Below, piece after piece: positions 1-10,683 of a stretch of DNA of 64,000 bases. Every line of letters starts with the position of its first letter. The stretch's first letter is position 1. The stretch comes from Candidatus Zixiibacteriota bacterium (lineage in GTDB: Bacteria; Zixibacteria; MSB-5A5; GN15; JACZUZ01). Made by a program: the position numbers and the translations under genes. Location: positions 81,721-145,720 of the forward strand of contig JAJRPM010000015.1 in NCBI GenBank assembly GCA_024280775.1. Reading direction: 5' to 3'. A model generated the notes under the pieces. It searched no databases. It worked only from the letters and a program-made list of their open reading frames with translations, and was not told the origin of the DNA.

Positions 1-111
1 CTGCTTCTGCCCCTCTAACTCGAGACGCATTTGAAACAATTGGTCCTGTTCATCCCTGGAACGACCTGAATCTGTTGCAATCGAGTAGCCAGTGTTTGCT
101 TCTGCTTTCAT
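1..111 (-). CDS. hypothetical protein, N-terminal fragment (gene runs off the left edge)
   Basis: ATG at 111-109 opens a frame (MKAEANTGYSIATDSGRSRDEQDQLFQMRLELEGQKQ) that stays open to position 1. No family recognised and no clear SD. Confidence 0.2.
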   Translation of the reverse strand, partial: MKAEANTGYSIATDSGRSRDEQDQLFQMRLELEGQKQ

Positions 112-342
112 ACTCAAAGGTTCGGCCTAAAGCTACCCTTGCTTAACTTCAGAAAGAGGCCATAAACCCGAGGCTCATAGCATTACACAGAACGAGTTGA
201 AACACTTTGAGTTAGCAGCGAAGGGGCAGCGCCACTGATTTACAGTGCAGCGCCAGTAATGAAACAGGCGACCCGCCTCACACTTGTTGAGAAGGGTCGC
301 ATTATGAAACAATTCTTAGATTGTCAGAAATCTATTGAAGAG

Positions 343-1833
343 CTACTTTTTCTTGAATTTGATACGGAGAGGAACGCCTTCGAAATCGAAGCGCTCTCGG
401 AGCCGGTTTGCCAGAAACCTGATGTAGCTTTTTTGGATTTTCTCGGGACGATTGCAGAAGAACACAAATGTAGGCGGGAACACTTCCGGCTGGCTAACAT
501 AAGTCAAGCGGACTTCCTTGCCTCTGTCAGAAGCCGGGGCGCGTCGACCGGTTGCATTCTGGAGCAAGTCATTGAGCTCGCTTACAGAGTATTTATGCGC
601 CGAGCGCTTGTAAATCTCACGAGCGATGTTCAAAGTCTTGCGCGCGCGTATTCCTTCGAGAGCTGAGACATATATAATAGGCACAAATTTCAAGTCGCCG
701 AGTTTGTCATGCAAGTCCACTGTCATGCGATCTGCAGTTTTTGAATCTTTGTCTATCATATCCCATTTGTTTACCACCAGCGCCATTCCGCGGCGTGTCG
801 AATTGGCTTGCTGCAGGATACGTTTGTCCTGTGAAGTCAGACCATCTTGAGCGTCAATTACAACAAGGGCCACATCGCAGGCGTCCAATGCCCTTGCGGC
901 GCGCAAGTTGGTGTAGAACTCAATATCCTCGGTAACTTTCATCTTGCGCCGCAAACCGGCAGTGTCCACCAATGTATAGCGCTGACCTTCGAAATTGCAG
1001 GGAGAATCAATAGCGTCAATTGTAGTTCCTGCTACATCTGATACAATGTTGCGTTCAGCCCCGAGGATACAGTTCACTAGACTGGACTTACCGACATTCG
1101 GTCGACCGATAACCGCCACACGGATGGAGTCATCTTTAGGATCGGGTTGTTTTTCAGGCGGAAGAGCCGCTACTATGCTATCAAGCAGATCGCCGATGTT
1201 ACGTCCCGCCGCCGCGCTGACAGCCAATGGATCACCCAAACCAAGACGCTGTAATTCATAGACTTCCATAGCTTGTACGTCGGTATCAGCTTTGTTGGCC
1301 GCTAGAATCGCCGGTTTGTTGGTGCGTTGCAAGAACTGCGCAATCCGTTCATCAACTGCAACAACCACCGCCTGGGCATCCACCACAAAAACTATTACAT
1401 CCGCTTCGGCTACCGCCATTTCAGCCTGGTGCATCACCTTCTGGTCGAAGTGATTTTCAGAATTCGGTATCATTCCACCTGTGTCAATTAAGTAGAACTC
1501 TCGACCGGTCCATTCGCAAGTTGCGTAGTTCCTGTCACGCGTAACACCTGGAGTATCAGCTACCACAGCGAAACGTCGCTTTAGAAAACGATTGAATAGT
1601 GACGATTTACCGACATTTGGTCGTCCGACAATCGCCACTAGCGGCAATGATGTGCGCTTGGCATGGGCAAACCCGTCTCCCTGCACTGGGCCATCAGTTT
1701 GCGCATAAGACAGATCATAGGCCTGCGCGCCTACCTCATCATATTCGTCTATCTCGTCATCTGAGTTATTGTAGGGTTTATCGACGTGCTTTTGGTCGTA
1801 TTTTTTGCCGTATAGATTATTGTGCTTCTTCAT
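343..1833 (-). CDS. der: ribosome-associated GTPase Der/EngA (two tandem G domains)
   Basis: Two P-loops (GRPNVGKSSLFN, GRPNVGKSSLVN), DTGG and DTAG switch motifs, NKAD and NKWD boxes, KH-like C-terminus. An acidic extension of about 65 aa precedes the first G domain. Confidence 0.93.
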   Translation of the reverse strand: MKKHNNLYGKKYDQKHVDKPYNNSDDEIDEYDEVGAQAYDLSYAQTDGPVQGDGFAHAKRTSLPLVAIVGRPNVGKSSLFNRFLKRRFAVVADTPGVTRDRNYATCEWTGREFYLIDTGGMIPNSENHFDQKVMHQAEMAVAEADVIVFVVDAQAVVVAVDERIAQFLQRTNKPAILAANKADTDVQAMEVYELQRLGLGDPLAVSAAAGRNIGDLLDSIVAALPPEKQPDPKDDSIRVAVIGRPNVGKSSLVNCILGAERNIVSDVAGTTIDAIDSPCNFEGQRYTLVDTAGLRRKMKVTEDIEFYTNLRAARALDACDVALVVIDAQDGLTSQDKRILQQANSTRRGMALVVNKWDMIDKDSKTADRMTVDLHDKLGDLKFVPIIYVSALEGIRARKTLNIAREIYKRSAHKYSVSELNDLLQNATGRRAPASDRGKEVRLTYVSQPEVFPPTFVFFCNRPEKIQKSYIRFLANRLRERFDFEGVPLRIKFKKK

Positions 1834-1842
1834 TGCGGATAC

Positions 1843-3423
1843 TTACTGTGCCTGTATGGATTCTGAAAACGCCACCGAGCGACCTGAATGGGAAGTCCGT
1901 GAACGAGTATTGAGATTACATGATTGTGGCGTCCGGCTAAGTTCCAGCGCCTCTTTTAGTGTTTCTGAGAAATCATAGCTTCCGACAACTACCGTCCGTT
2001 TGGATTTCTTTTGGAATTCTTCCAAAGTGAGATTGTCGATAAATAGGTCATCATTGTTCAAACAATTCGGCGGCAGAAGGACTATGTCATCTGTGGCGGT
2101 ATTCTCTTTGACTGCCTGAAGCAAATCTGCGCCGGAGAGCAATCCGGCGATAGTGACTGTGCCTCCCCAAAAGCCGTTCTTCACCGCTTTGAACGAGAGG
2201 TCGATTCCGAGCTCCTGAACCTGAGGAGTGATTTCGCTTTGCAGCCAATCATAGGCAGACTCGCCTGTGAACCCTACTAGTTTGCGTTTCATCGCTGGAG
2301 CGGATTTCAACGCTTTCCTTACGAATTGTTTCTTGCGATTGAAAGTGGTGGCAAACAAGCGACACATGCCTATTCCATTTTCAAACTGAGCAATGTCCTC
2401 ATAATTCTTCAGGCGCGGAAATGGGCGTTTGGCTATGGTATAGAATTCATCTGCGGGCCATACGAATCGTGTTCCCAGTTCTTTGAGGAACTTGCGTTGT
2501 AAGGCTTCTATTCTATCTATCAGCTGACCGGCTAACTCGCGACTGTAGATACTGATATTGGGTAGATTATCGCGATACTTGGTTAACCCCACCGGGGCAA
2601 GCGCGAGAGTCTCGACTCCTGGACTTAGCGCTGCAAGTTCGGATATGGTGCGCTCTAGTTCAGGTCCGTCGTTGATTCCCGGGCAAACAACTACCTGGGC
2701 ATGCACAACAATTCCACCTGCATTTAGCTCTTTTAGTCGCGGCAGGATTGGAGCGAGCAGTTCATTCTTTAGCATGCAGCGCCGGAGCGTGTCGTTCGTG
2801 GCGTGCACCGAGATGTACATCGGTGATAGACGCTGTTCAATTATCCGCGCTATATCCGCATCGCTAGTATTTGAGAGTGTGACAAAATTGCCATGTGTGA
2901 AACTGTAGCGGTAGTCCTCATCCATAATATACAATGAGCGACGCATCCCTTTGGGTTGTTGCATCACAAAACAAAAGATACACTCATTGCGACAGGTGCG
3001 AATAGAGCCTTGCTTGAGAGTCAACCCCAATTCTTCAACTGTGACATCTTCAAATTCAAACAAAGAGCGTTCACCGTTTGCCAGCTCAAAAAGTATATCA
3101 ACTTCAGGGTCAGCCATTTTGAAATGAAAATCGATAGTGTCACTAACCTCTTGGTCATTGATTGAAATCAATCTATCACCGGGGCGAACATAGGCAAACA
3201 GAGGCGAGTGGCGCTCTATAGCCAGCAGTTCCATTCCCGGCAAGGGTTTGACGCGAGTCTTGCCTACCGGACTGGCTGAACAACTTCCAGGGTCACTTCC
3301 CTCTGATTGCGGAAGCGGCTTAATGCCCGCAGCGCTATCAACTGAAACTGGCAACTCGGGGCTATAGAAACGTGGCTCGCTCTCAGCAGTAGCGGCTTCT
3401 ATTTGTGATTTCTTCTGCGACAT
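1843..3423 (-). CDS. DUF512-type radical-SAM-like protein with N-terminal PDZ-like region
   Basis: CRNECIFC (CxxxCxxC) cluster motif. The length and layout resemble the PDZ/radical-SAM/DUF512 proteins that often sit beside der. 9-nt gap to der. Confidence 0.65.
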   Translation of the reverse strand: MSQKKSQIEAATAESEPRFYSPELPVSVDSAAGIKPLPQSEGSDPGSCSASPVGKTRVKPLPGMELLAIERHSPLFAYVRPGDRLISINDQEVSDTIDFHFKMADPEVDILFELANGERSLFEFEDVTVEELGLTLKQGSIRTCRNECIFCFVMQQPKGMRRSLYIMDEDYRYSFTHGNFVTLSNTSDADIARIIEQRLSPMYISVHATNDTLRRCMLKNELLAPILPRLKELNAGGIVVHAQVVVCPGINDGPELERTISELAALSPGVETLALAPVGLTKYRDNLPNISIYSRELAGQLIDRIEALQRKFLKELGTRFVWPADEFYTIAKRPFPRLKNYEDIAQFENGIGMCRLFATTFNRKKQFVRKALKSAPAMKRKLVGFTGESAYDWLQSEITPQVQELGIDLSFKAVKNGFWGGTVTIAGLLSGADLLQAVKENTATDDIVLLPPNCLNNDDLFIDNLTLEEFQKKSKRTVVVGSYDFSETLKEALELSRTPQSCNLNTRSRTSHSGRSVAFSESIQAQ

Positions 3424-3490
3424 TGTGTAACTTCTTGCGCCATAATCTTGGCGCGTTTTCTCCTATACTCTACCTTAACTAACTGACAAC

Positions 3491-3513
3491 AAAAAACCCC
3501 TCCAAAGGGGTTT
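3491..3513 (-). terminator. intrinsic terminator downstream of tRNA-Gly
   Basis: On the minus strand, AAACCCCT-TTGG-AGGGGTTT is followed by a T run (GGGGTTTTTTG). Confidence 0.6.
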
Positions 3514-3557
3514 CGAATTGCCCTTTACGTCACCAGTTCCCAAGAAAATCAAAAAAT

Positions 3558-3629
3558 AGCGGGCGACCAGATTCGAACTGGCGACGTCAAGCTTGGGAAG
3601 CTTGCATTCTACCCCTGAATTACGCCCGC
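3558..3629 (-). tRNA. tRNA-Gly (anticodon CCC)
   Basis: The reverse complement reads GCGGGCG-TA-ATTCAGGGGTAGAAT-G-CAAGC-TTCCCAA-GCTTG-ACGTC-GCCAG-TTCGAAT-CTGGT-CGCCCGC-T. This is a full cloverleaf with a TTCGAAT T-loop, anticodon loop TT-CCC-AA and U73 discriminator. CCA is not encoded. Confidence 0.9.
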
Positions 3630-3663
3630 AACACCCTTATGCGATTTCACACAAGGGACATAT

Positions 3664-3691
3664 AATATAGTCTCGAAGGGAAAGCTGGCAA
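3664..3691 (-). promoter_or_regulatory. candidate sigma70 promoter for tRNA-Gly
   Basis: The minus strand reads TTGCCA-N16-TATATT, about 35 nt upstream of the mature tRNA 5' end. Confidence 0.4.
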
Positions 3692-3744
3692 GCGATTTCA
3701 GTAAGTTATTGGCAACAATGCACTTCACGCCGGGATTGGCCTAT

Positions 3745-4008
3745 CTACTCTGCGATTTGGTCTTCACTGGCGGCTGTTTCGTCCTCGTCAAAGACTTTGG
3801 AATCCTCCAGGGCCTCGTCGGGGAAAAAGTTGTGATTGTTAGACATGACGCTATCGAGCATATATCGCTGAAAATCGACCGCCGAATTGACGATCCCCAC
3901 TGCGCCGTCGCATGCCGTTAGGCTGGAAACGGCTATGCCAATAAATAGAAATATGCAAGCAAGTATTCTTAATCTCGCATCATGATAATACCTCCGTTCT
4001 TCTGACAA
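3745..4008 (-). CDS. small putative lipoprotein (hypothetical)
   Basis: TTG start, a hydrophobic h-region, then lipobox L-T-A-C (SSLTAC|DG). No family recognised. Confidence 0.35.
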   Translation of the reverse strand: MSEERRYYHDARLRILACIFLFIGIAVSSLTACDGAVGIVNSAVDFQRYMLDSVMSNNHNFFPDEALEDSKVFDEDETAASEDQIAE

Positions 4009-4314
4009 ACTCCCGGCATATCTGAATAGCTACGCGAGAGCATGGCTACACTCATAAGCGCCAACAGGGTTTGTTATTCTTAGGATTTGAGAAAGGGACA
4101 AAGTTCCGTCAGAAAGGAGGACGTCACTTACTTAGTTTAGGAGCAAAGCAAGCGCCAACGGATTGAACAAACCACTAGTGATTCCATAACAGCATACAGA
4201 GTATGTACTTCCTGTTGGACTATGTAAAACTTACATGATGGAAGATTAGATGAACATTCGTAGCGCCATACGAACCAGGTTGAAAAATGAATCGATTGAA
4301 CAGGAGGCGTTTGA

Positions 4315-5247
4315 TTATTTTCTGTCTTTGCCGCGATTCACTACCCGCACAACAATAATCGAAACCTCAAAAAGCACATACATCGGCCCACCGATTAGTA
4401 GTTGGGTAAATACATCGGGAGGTGTAATTATTGCCGCAAAAACCAAGATCACTACAACCGCAACTCTTCTGCCTTTGGCGAGAGTCTCGGTCCGTAGTAG
4501 GTTCATTTGCGCCAGAAAGAATGCGATTACCGGCATATTGAAAGCAGCCCCAAAAGAAAGAACCATCATTCCGGCAAAAGTCAGATAACTGCTAACGGTA
4601 ATAATTGGCGTCAAGGCGCCTTCGCCGAAACTCACTAGATACGCGATAGCAAACGGCAAGACGAAGCGATAGCAAAACCAGGAGCCTACTGCGAATAAAC
4701 CACTGGAGGATATTACTGCTGGAAGAATGAACCGTGTTTCACTCTTGTAAAGACCCGGAGCCACAAACGCCCATAGTTGATAAAATACAAATGGCGCAAT
4801 TGCGAACATCCCGGCAAACAGTGAGACTATTATGTACGCATAGAATGAACCGGTTATCGATGTGACGTGCAACTCCAGGTCACCTAGAGGCTTGATAGCT
4901 AACTCGAAAATGTCCTGACCAAAATAAAGAGCTACGCTACCAGCAATTACTACTCCCACGATTATCTTTATTAACCGCCATCGTAGCTCCTCCAGATGAT
5001 CAAGAAAACCCAACCCGCCTTCATCTCCTGAACTGCCCAAACCACCGGAATCAGCCATGGGTACTTTTGGGGTACGAGCTCCTCCACCACTAGTTGCAAC
5101 ACTGGCTGCACTAGCGCCACTTGCCTTTGCGGTGGAGCCACCCTCTGCGCTATAGTAGTCAGCGCGATCAACTCTACGCGGAATAGGTTTGGCGCGAGAC
5201 ACGGGCTTTGAATCCGAGTCAGGTCTGTCGTTACTTTCGGAGGTCAT
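4315..5247 (-). CDS. tatC: twin-arginine translocase subunit TatC
   Basis: FLDHLEELRWRLIK start motif and six predicted TM helices typical of TatC. The ORF carries an extra S/G/A-rich N-terminus of about 80 aa. An alternative start at M64 (5058) would give a canonical length. Confidence 0.88.
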   Translation of the reverse strand: MTSESNDRPDSDSKPVSRAKPIPRRVDRADYYSAEGGSTAKASGASAASVATSGGGARTPKVPMADSGGLGSSGDEGGLGFLDHLEELRWRLIKIIVGVVIAGSVALYFGQDIFELAIKPLGDLELHVTSITGSFYAYIIVSLFAGMFAIAPFVFYQLWAFVAPGLYKSETRFILPAVISSSGLFAVGSWFCYRFVLPFAIAYLVSFGEGALTPIITVSSYLTFAGMMVLSFGAAFNMPVIAFFLAQMNLLRTETLAKGRRVAVVVILVFAAIITPPDVFTQLLIGGPMYVLFEVSIIVVRVVNRGKDRK

Positions 5248-5256
5248 GCCAGCAAT

Positions 5257-5709
5257 CTACTTTTCCAACATGCGTTTGATTTCTTCGAGAAACTCTTCTT
5301 TGTCCTGAAAACGGCGATAGACTGACGCAAACCTCACGTAGGCAATTTCATCGGTGCCCTTGAGTTTCTCCATAACCAGCTTCCCGATAAATGAACTCTC
5401 CACTTCATTGCGCGAAATCTCAGAAATCCGGGCCTCGATTTCATCTACCAGCGACTCACACTTCTTGGCGGAAACCGGGCGCTTGTTGCAGGCCAACTTG
5501 ATTCCAGTTAGTAATTTCTGCCTATCAAATGGCTCACGGCGATTGTCACCTTTCATAACTGTCAGTGAGGTATTCTCGACATACTCGTAAGTGGTAAATC
5601 GGTCCTCACATTTTAAGCACTGTCGACGACGGCGCACTGCGCGTCCATCCTGCGCCGCGCGCGAGTCCACTACTCTGTCTTCTTCACTACCACAATGGGG
5701 GCATCTCAT
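5257..5709 (-). CDS. nrdR: transcriptional repressor NrdR (zinc ribbon + ATP-cone)
   Basis: MRCPHCGSEEDRVVDSR ... CLKCEDRFTTYE zinc-ribbon signature and an ATP-cone C-terminal half. 150 aa. Confidence 0.93.
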   Translation of the reverse strand: MRCPHCGSEEDRVVDSRAAQDGRAVRRRRQCLKCEDRFTTYEYVENTSLTVMKGDNRREPFDRQKLLTGIKLACNKRPVSAKKCESLVDEIEARISEISRNEVESSFIGKLVMEKLKGTDEIAYVRFASVYRRFQDKEEFLEEIKRMLEK

Positions 5710-5763
5710 TTGTCTACCTGCGCAATAAGTCCGGTACTTGTACTGTCTGTCTTTGTGTTCTAC

Positions 5764-7509
5764 CTACTGGTCAATCTGCAGGCTTTCCTCACTGCATCTT
5801 GGCATAAGAATATGAAATGGGCCGACTGTGTCAACTAGTTCGAAATTATCATAAATTGCCTGATATAGCGTATCAAACCTGGGGGTTTCGGGAATATATT
5901 CGGGATCGTTTAGAACTATCAGCGCTGGGGGGGATTCGCTTAGCAACCTGACGCTCTCCTGAGCCATTGCTGAGTCGAATTCTCGCTCGTAATACCATTG
6001 AATTGGTCCCCAGGCCCGGCGATTAGCAATAAACGACAGAGACGCAGGGTCAGGAAATGCCAGAACATAATCCTCTGGATTTGTTCTTCTCTGAACAGAG
6101 GAAACTAAGCCGTCGATTTCCTCCACAGTAGTAGAATCTGCAAATAGACCCGAAAGGGCCGGAGTGGCAAACGGTACATTCAGCTCGGCCCGAGCCATGC
6201 CCTTATATGGGAAATCATGATGAACAACTAACGCCAGACTAAGGGCCAGTACGCTAAAACCAATAACACCAGCATTTGATATTCTTACTTTTTGACCTCC
6301 CGCAGAGAACCACAAGGCCAAAGCCGGCAAACTGATAACCCCGCCAATATAGCTGAACACCCAGCCATTGTAATTGAAACCTGCTACGTACAGAACCACG
6401 AGCGCCAAGGCGCTGAATTTCAATAATTGCCGAGCTGGCGCCTCCGGAGTCAGGCCGCGAATATCCCGGAGGTTGGAAAAGAAGAAGTAGCCAACTGAAA
6501 CGAACGTCACCAAAGTGAGCGCCTGCGGCAAAGTTGCCGCTAGTTCTGTCATCGCTGTCCATGAAAAAACCAACCACAGAGACAGAGCTATTGTCTTCCA
6601 TCGAACTCTCAAGGGTAGCGCAACAATTATCAGTAATGGAATCGCGTACGGCCAAACATTCAAGAATGTTTCCGGCAAATCCTGATAGAGCAAGAACGAC
6701 AGTGGCAAGTCGTTTATGGCCTTCGGCAAGACGAATATGTTGTTGCAAATCATTGGCAGTGAGGCATCAAGAGCCAAGACAGCTACAAGCGCCACAACCA
6801 AGGCTCCACTGCTCGTGACCAATGTGTTTTTCCACCACCTAGCAACCGAATCCCCGGCGCTTCTGGTTTCCAGAAAACTTAGAGCAAAATACAGCGGGAT
6901 AAGCGCCACGAAACCTTGCTTGCTTAAGAACGCCAACCCCGCGAATACACCCGCGACGAACATGCGCTTCTGGAAGATGAAAGAGGCAAAAAGCGCAGTG
7001 AAAAACATCCCGTCATAGGTATACCACGGAAAAGCAAACAGCAGTGACGAATAGACCAGTGTTGCACACAAGACTATTGCAAGTGCGATTGCAGATAACC
7101 AGCGGCGGTAGATAAGCGAGGCAATGACAATTGTTGCACAGAGTTGTATGGCCCAAATGATTCTACTGACTAGATGAGTATAGTGACTTCCAAGTATGTC
7201 AATCCATAGTGACTGAATCCACGGAGATAGTGGAGTCCGCAGGTAGTAGAAATCGACATACATTTTCTCCCCGCCTGAAATACGCTGACCCAGGGCTGAA
7301 AGATATGCGTCATCGAGAGGGCTAAATCCCTGTGGCAGGTATATCCAAAAGTACGCCAATGCGAATGCGACAAAGGCCAGATAACTAAGACGATAATTAT
7401 TTTGTGAGTTTGACACAGAAGAAAAACGAGTATCCCGCTCCTCTGAATCACTCAAGAGAAATACTTCATTCTTGACTTTGTCCCAATAGCGTTCAGGAAA
7501 CACTACCAT
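5764..7509 (-). CDS. polytopic membrane protein, GT-C/ArnT-like glycosyltransferase fold suspected
   Basis: About 12 hydrophobic segments followed by a soluble C-terminal domain of about 130 aa. This is the general layout of GT39/GT83-type enzymes. No diagnostic motif was verified. Confidence 0.4.
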   Translation of the reverse strand: MVVFPERYWDKVKNEVFLLSDSEERDTRFSSVSNSQNNYRLSYLAFVAFALAYFWIYLPQGFSPLDDAYLSALGQRISGGEKMYVDFYYLRTPLSPWIQSLWIDILGSHYTHLVSRIIWAIQLCATIVIASLIYRRWLSAIALAIVLCATLVYSSLLFAFPWYTYDGMFFTALFASFIFQKRMFVAGVFAGLAFLSKQGFVALIPLYFALSFLETRSAGDSVARWWKNTLVTSSGALVVALVAVLALDASLPMICNNIFVLPKAINDLPLSFLLYQDLPETFLNVWPYAIPLLIIVALPLRVRWKTIALSLWLVFSWTAMTELAATLPQALTLVTFVSVGYFFFSNLRDIRGLTPEAPARQLLKFSALALVVLYVAGFNYNGWVFSYIGGVISLPALALWFSAGGQKVRISNAGVIGFSVLALSLALVVHHDFPYKGMARAELNVPFATPALSGLFADSTTVEEIDGLVSSVQRRTNPEDYVLAFPDPASLSFIANRRAWGPIQWYYEREFDSAMAQESVRLLSESPPALIVLNDPEYIPETPRFDTLYQAIYDNFELVDTVGPFHILMPRCSEESLQIDQ

Positions 7510-7570
7510 CCCCTATTCACTCTTGAGGGAAACCATCCGAGTAACAAGCATCTAAGAGAATATCAGAAGC

Positions 7571-8845
7571 TCAAACTACCTCAGCAGATTGGGCCGGGGA
7601 TGTCGGCAGGGGGAAACGCTGACAGAGCGCCTTCACACGGTCAGCGACATTAGCAGTGACTGTTTCATCGTCATACGCGTTGACTACGTCGTTTATCATT
7701 GAGGCAATCTCTGCCATCTCATTTTCACCCATACCGCGAGTGGTAACTGCAGGTGTACCGATACGCACTCCCGATGTCACGAAAGGTTTCTTGGGGTCAA
7801 ATGGCACGGTGTTTTTGTTGGCAGTGATTCCCGCCTTGTCCAGCGCCTTCTCGATTTTCTTGCCGGAGATTCCCCTGTCAATTAAGGAGAGTAACATCAC
7901 ATGCGTATCTGTGCCGCCGGAGACCAGCTTTTGGCCATGTCCCATTAGCGCCTCAGCTAGCGCTTGTGCATTGCTGATTATCTGTCTCTGGTAGTCTGCA
8001 AACTTCGGCTCCAGCGCCTCTTTGAAAGCCACAGCTTTGGCGGCGATGATGTGCATCAACGGCCCGCCCTGAATACCGGGCATCACAGTCCGGTCGATAT
8101 CGGCGGCGAATTCTTCTTTACACATTATCATGCCACCGCGCGGACCACGTAGAGTCTTATGTGTCGTTGTGGTGACATAGTCGGCATACGGAATCGGCGA
8201 CTCATGGAGACCTGTGGCAACTAATCCTGCGATATGCGCAATATCTACCATCAACCGAGCGCCGCAGGCGTCAGCGGCTTCACGAAAACGCGCAAATTCC
8301 AGTTTGCGAGGATAGGCCGAAGCTCCGGCTACAATCAATTTGGGCTTTTCTGAGCGAGCTTGTGCGATTAGCTTATCATAGTCGATTACTTCACTGTCTG
8401 GTTCAACCTGATAGCTAACAAAATTGAAGAGTTTTCCTGTGAAATTGATAGGATGTCCGTGGGTGAGGTGACCGCCATGCGATAAGTCTAACCCCATAAC
8501 TTTGTCACTCGGATCCAGATAACTAAAATACACAGCCATATTGGCCTGCGAACCTGAGTGCGGTTGAACATTAACATGCTCACAACCGAATAATTCTTTG
8601 GCGCGATCACGAGCCAGGTTCTCGGCCTCATCTACAAACTCACAGCCACCATAATAGCGCTTGCCGGGATACCCCTCGGCATATTTGTTGGTCATTATTG
8701 ACCCGGCGGCGGACAGCACCGCCGGTGAAACAAAATTCTCTGAAGCGATCAATTCAATTTTGTCGGTCTGGCGCGCGGCCTCACGTTGAATAGCGCCATA
8801 GATTTCCGGATCGAATTCCTGGAGTGATTTAGTATTCATGGTCAA
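7571..8845 (-). CDS. glyA: serine hydroxymethyltransferase
   Basis: [20 protein letters not shown] and [14 protein letters not shown] (PLP-lysine region) motifs. 424 aa. Confidence 0.95.
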   Translation of the reverse strand: MTMNTKSLQEFDPEIYGAIQREAARQTDKIELIASENFVSPAVLSAAGSIMTNKYAEGYPGKRYYGGCEFVDEAENLARDRAKELFGCEHVNVQPHSGSQANMAVYFSYLDPSDKVMGLDLSHGGHLTHGHPINFTGKLFNFVSYQVEPDSEVIDYDKLIAQARSEKPKLIVAGASAYPRKLEFARFREAADACGARLMVDIAHIAGLVATGLHESPIPYADYVTTTTHKTLRGPRGGMIMCKEEFAADIDRTVMPGIQGGPLMHIIAAKAVAFKEALEPKFADYQRQIISNAQALAEALMGHGQKLVSGGTDTHVMLLSLIDRGISGKKIEKALDKAGITANKNTVPFDPKKPFVTSGVRIGTPAVTTRGMGENEMAEIASMINDVVNAYDDETVTANVADRVKALCQRFPLPTSPAQSAEVV

Positions 8846-8916
8846 CTCAATTGTAATTGGAAAGTTATTGCGATGTGGGAAGGTTAGCCCCGAAGTTGTC
8901 TTTAGATAGCGTTAAT

Positions 8917-9381
8917 TCAGGATTCAATCGGCTTGGTTGAACTTTGCTCAAGTTCAGTCATTTTATCAACCCGCCTTTGGTGGCGACCGCCTTCAAATGG
9001 CGTCTCTATCCAAGTTTTGATAATTAACTCAAGATCCGCTTCGGGAGTGTACTTTTCGGAGAGGGTCAGGACATTGGCATTGTTGTGAGCCCGAGCGAAT
9101 TTTGCCATCTCAGGATTGATTACCAGCGCCCCTCGCACACCAGCGAAGCGATTGACTGTCATGTTCATTCCGTTTCCGGTCCAGCAAACTGCCACACCAA
9201 AGTCTACCACACCGCTAGCAACATCTGAAGCCACCAGTGAACCGTAATCGGGATAATCAACTGACTCGGGAGAGTTGGCGCCATGGTCTATTACTTCATG
9301 ACCAAGACCTTGCAGAATCCGCTTTACTTTGTCCTTCCACTGCATTCCGGCGTGGTCGGAGCCAAGAGAGAATTTCATCAT
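8917..9381 (-). CDS. rpiB: ribose-5-phosphate isomerase B
   Basis: GSDHAG start, CWTGNGMNMTVNR and ARAHNNANVLTL motifs of the RpiB/LacAB family. Confidence 0.88.
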   Translation of the reverse strand: MMKFSLGSDHAGMQWKDKVKRILQGLGHEVIDHGANSPESVDYPDYGSLVASDVASGVVDFGVAVCWTGNGMNMTVNRFAGVRGALVINPEMAKFARAHNNANVLTLSEKYTPEADLELIIKTWIETPFEGGRHQRRVDKMTELEQSSTKPIES

Positions 9382-9402
9382 TCAACCCTCATTCTATCAA
9401 AA

Positions 9403-10362
9403 TCAGGATACGTTGGTTTCAACGATTACATCACTGCCAACCGGCAATGGGGTCAACCAGTTGAAACGGTCAGGGATTCGACCTTCAATAATAGCAAAGA
9501 ACTCTTCTTGCAGTCGTTTAGTAATCGGCCCACGCGCCCCGTCACCTATCTTGATTTTATCTATGCTTCTGATAGGTGTGATTTCTGCGGCAGTGCCACT
9601 AAAGAAGACTTCATCGGCGATGTACAATGAACCGCGCGATATTCCCTCTTCCTTACATTCTATTCCCATATCCTTGGCGATTTTCAGAACGCAGTCACGA
9701 GTAATCCCCGGAAGAACCGAATTGGACAGCGGAGGAGTTAGCAGGATATTGTCACGTACGACGAAAATGTTTTCGCCAGAGCCCTCGGAGACATAGCCAT
9801 TGGTATCCAGAGCAATTCCCTCAGTGTACCCATTGGCAATCGCCTCTTGTTTGATAAGCTGGCTATTCATGTAGTTGGCGCCGGCTTTGGCGACCGCTGG
9901 GAGAGTATTGGGAGCGATACGGCTCCAAGATGAGACACATACATCCACACCCTCTTCAAGGGCCTCAGGGCCGAGATATTTGCCCCATTTCCACACTGCA
10001 ATTACTACGTCGATCGGGCAAGGACGCGGGTCAACACCCAATGACTCATAACCACGAAACACAATTGGGCGTATATAGCACTCAGCGAGGTTGTTGGCGT
10101 CAATGGTTTGAAATATCGCATTGCGGATTTCCTGCTTGCTGTATGGAACCTCCATACGATATATTTTTGCGGAGTTAAACAGTCGAGTTACATGTTCATC
10201 AAGACGGAAGCAAGCCGAGCCGGACTCGGTTTTGTAGACGCGCTGGCCCTCAAAGACTGAAGAACCATAGCTCACCACATGCGAAAGCACGTGAATCTTG
10301 GCGTCCTGCCAAGCCACAAGTTTCCCATTATGCCAAATTTTTCCGGACTCATCAAAAGCCAT
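9403..10362 (-). CDS. ilvE: branched-chain amino acid aminotransferase (class IV)
   Basis: [23 protein letters not shown] and LPGITRD motifs. Typical IlvE length and order. Confidence 0.9.
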   Translation of the reverse strand: MAFDESGKIWHNGKLVAWQDAKIHVLSHVVSYGSSVFEGQRVYKTESGSACFRLDEHVTRLFNSAKIYRMEVPYSKQEIRNAIFQTIDANNLAECYIRPIVFRGYESLGVDPRPCPIDVVIAVWKWGKYLGPEALEEGVDVCVSSWSRIAPNTLPAVAKAGANYMNSQLIKQEAIANGYTEGIALDTNGYVSEGSGENIFVVRDNILLTPPLSNSVLPGITRDCVLKIAKDMGIECKEEGISRGSLYIADEVFFSGTAAEITPIRSIDKIKIGDGARGPITKRLQEEFFAIIEGRIPDRFNWLTPLPVGSDVIVETNVS

Positions 10363-10683
10363 AGCGGACTCCTTTCGCTTTCAAATAGATTATATATACT
10401 AAGCGGCCTCGACCCCTCTTGCCGCGGATCTTATGTAACCGCTTCAAAGACAATATAAGCAAAAATGCAGATAAGTCAATGACTTGCGGTGATTTGCACA
10501 CATTCAGGTTTCAGTAGAGAAGCAGGATATTCGCAGCGTGGGGTCGGCATAGTTATTATACCTGTGCCCGAAAAGCGCGTTCCAAATAGCTATAGCATAA
10601 TACTACCAGCCACAATAGCTTACAGAAGCACGCTAAATAGCAACATCAAGAGCTAGAAATAAATGAACTAGGGATGTCTACAA

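Noticed and set aside
259-666. 135-aa plus-strand ORF overlapping the 3' end of der
   Set aside because: It is antisense to a strongly supported der gene, has no recognisable motifs, and is a typical shadow ORF.
4009-4314. 300-nt intergenic region after tatC, checked for tmRNA, RNase P, SRP or 6S-like signatures
   Set aside because: None of the conserved boxes I know (for example GAGGAAAGTCC for RNase P, or a tag-peptide reading frame for tmRNA) is present.
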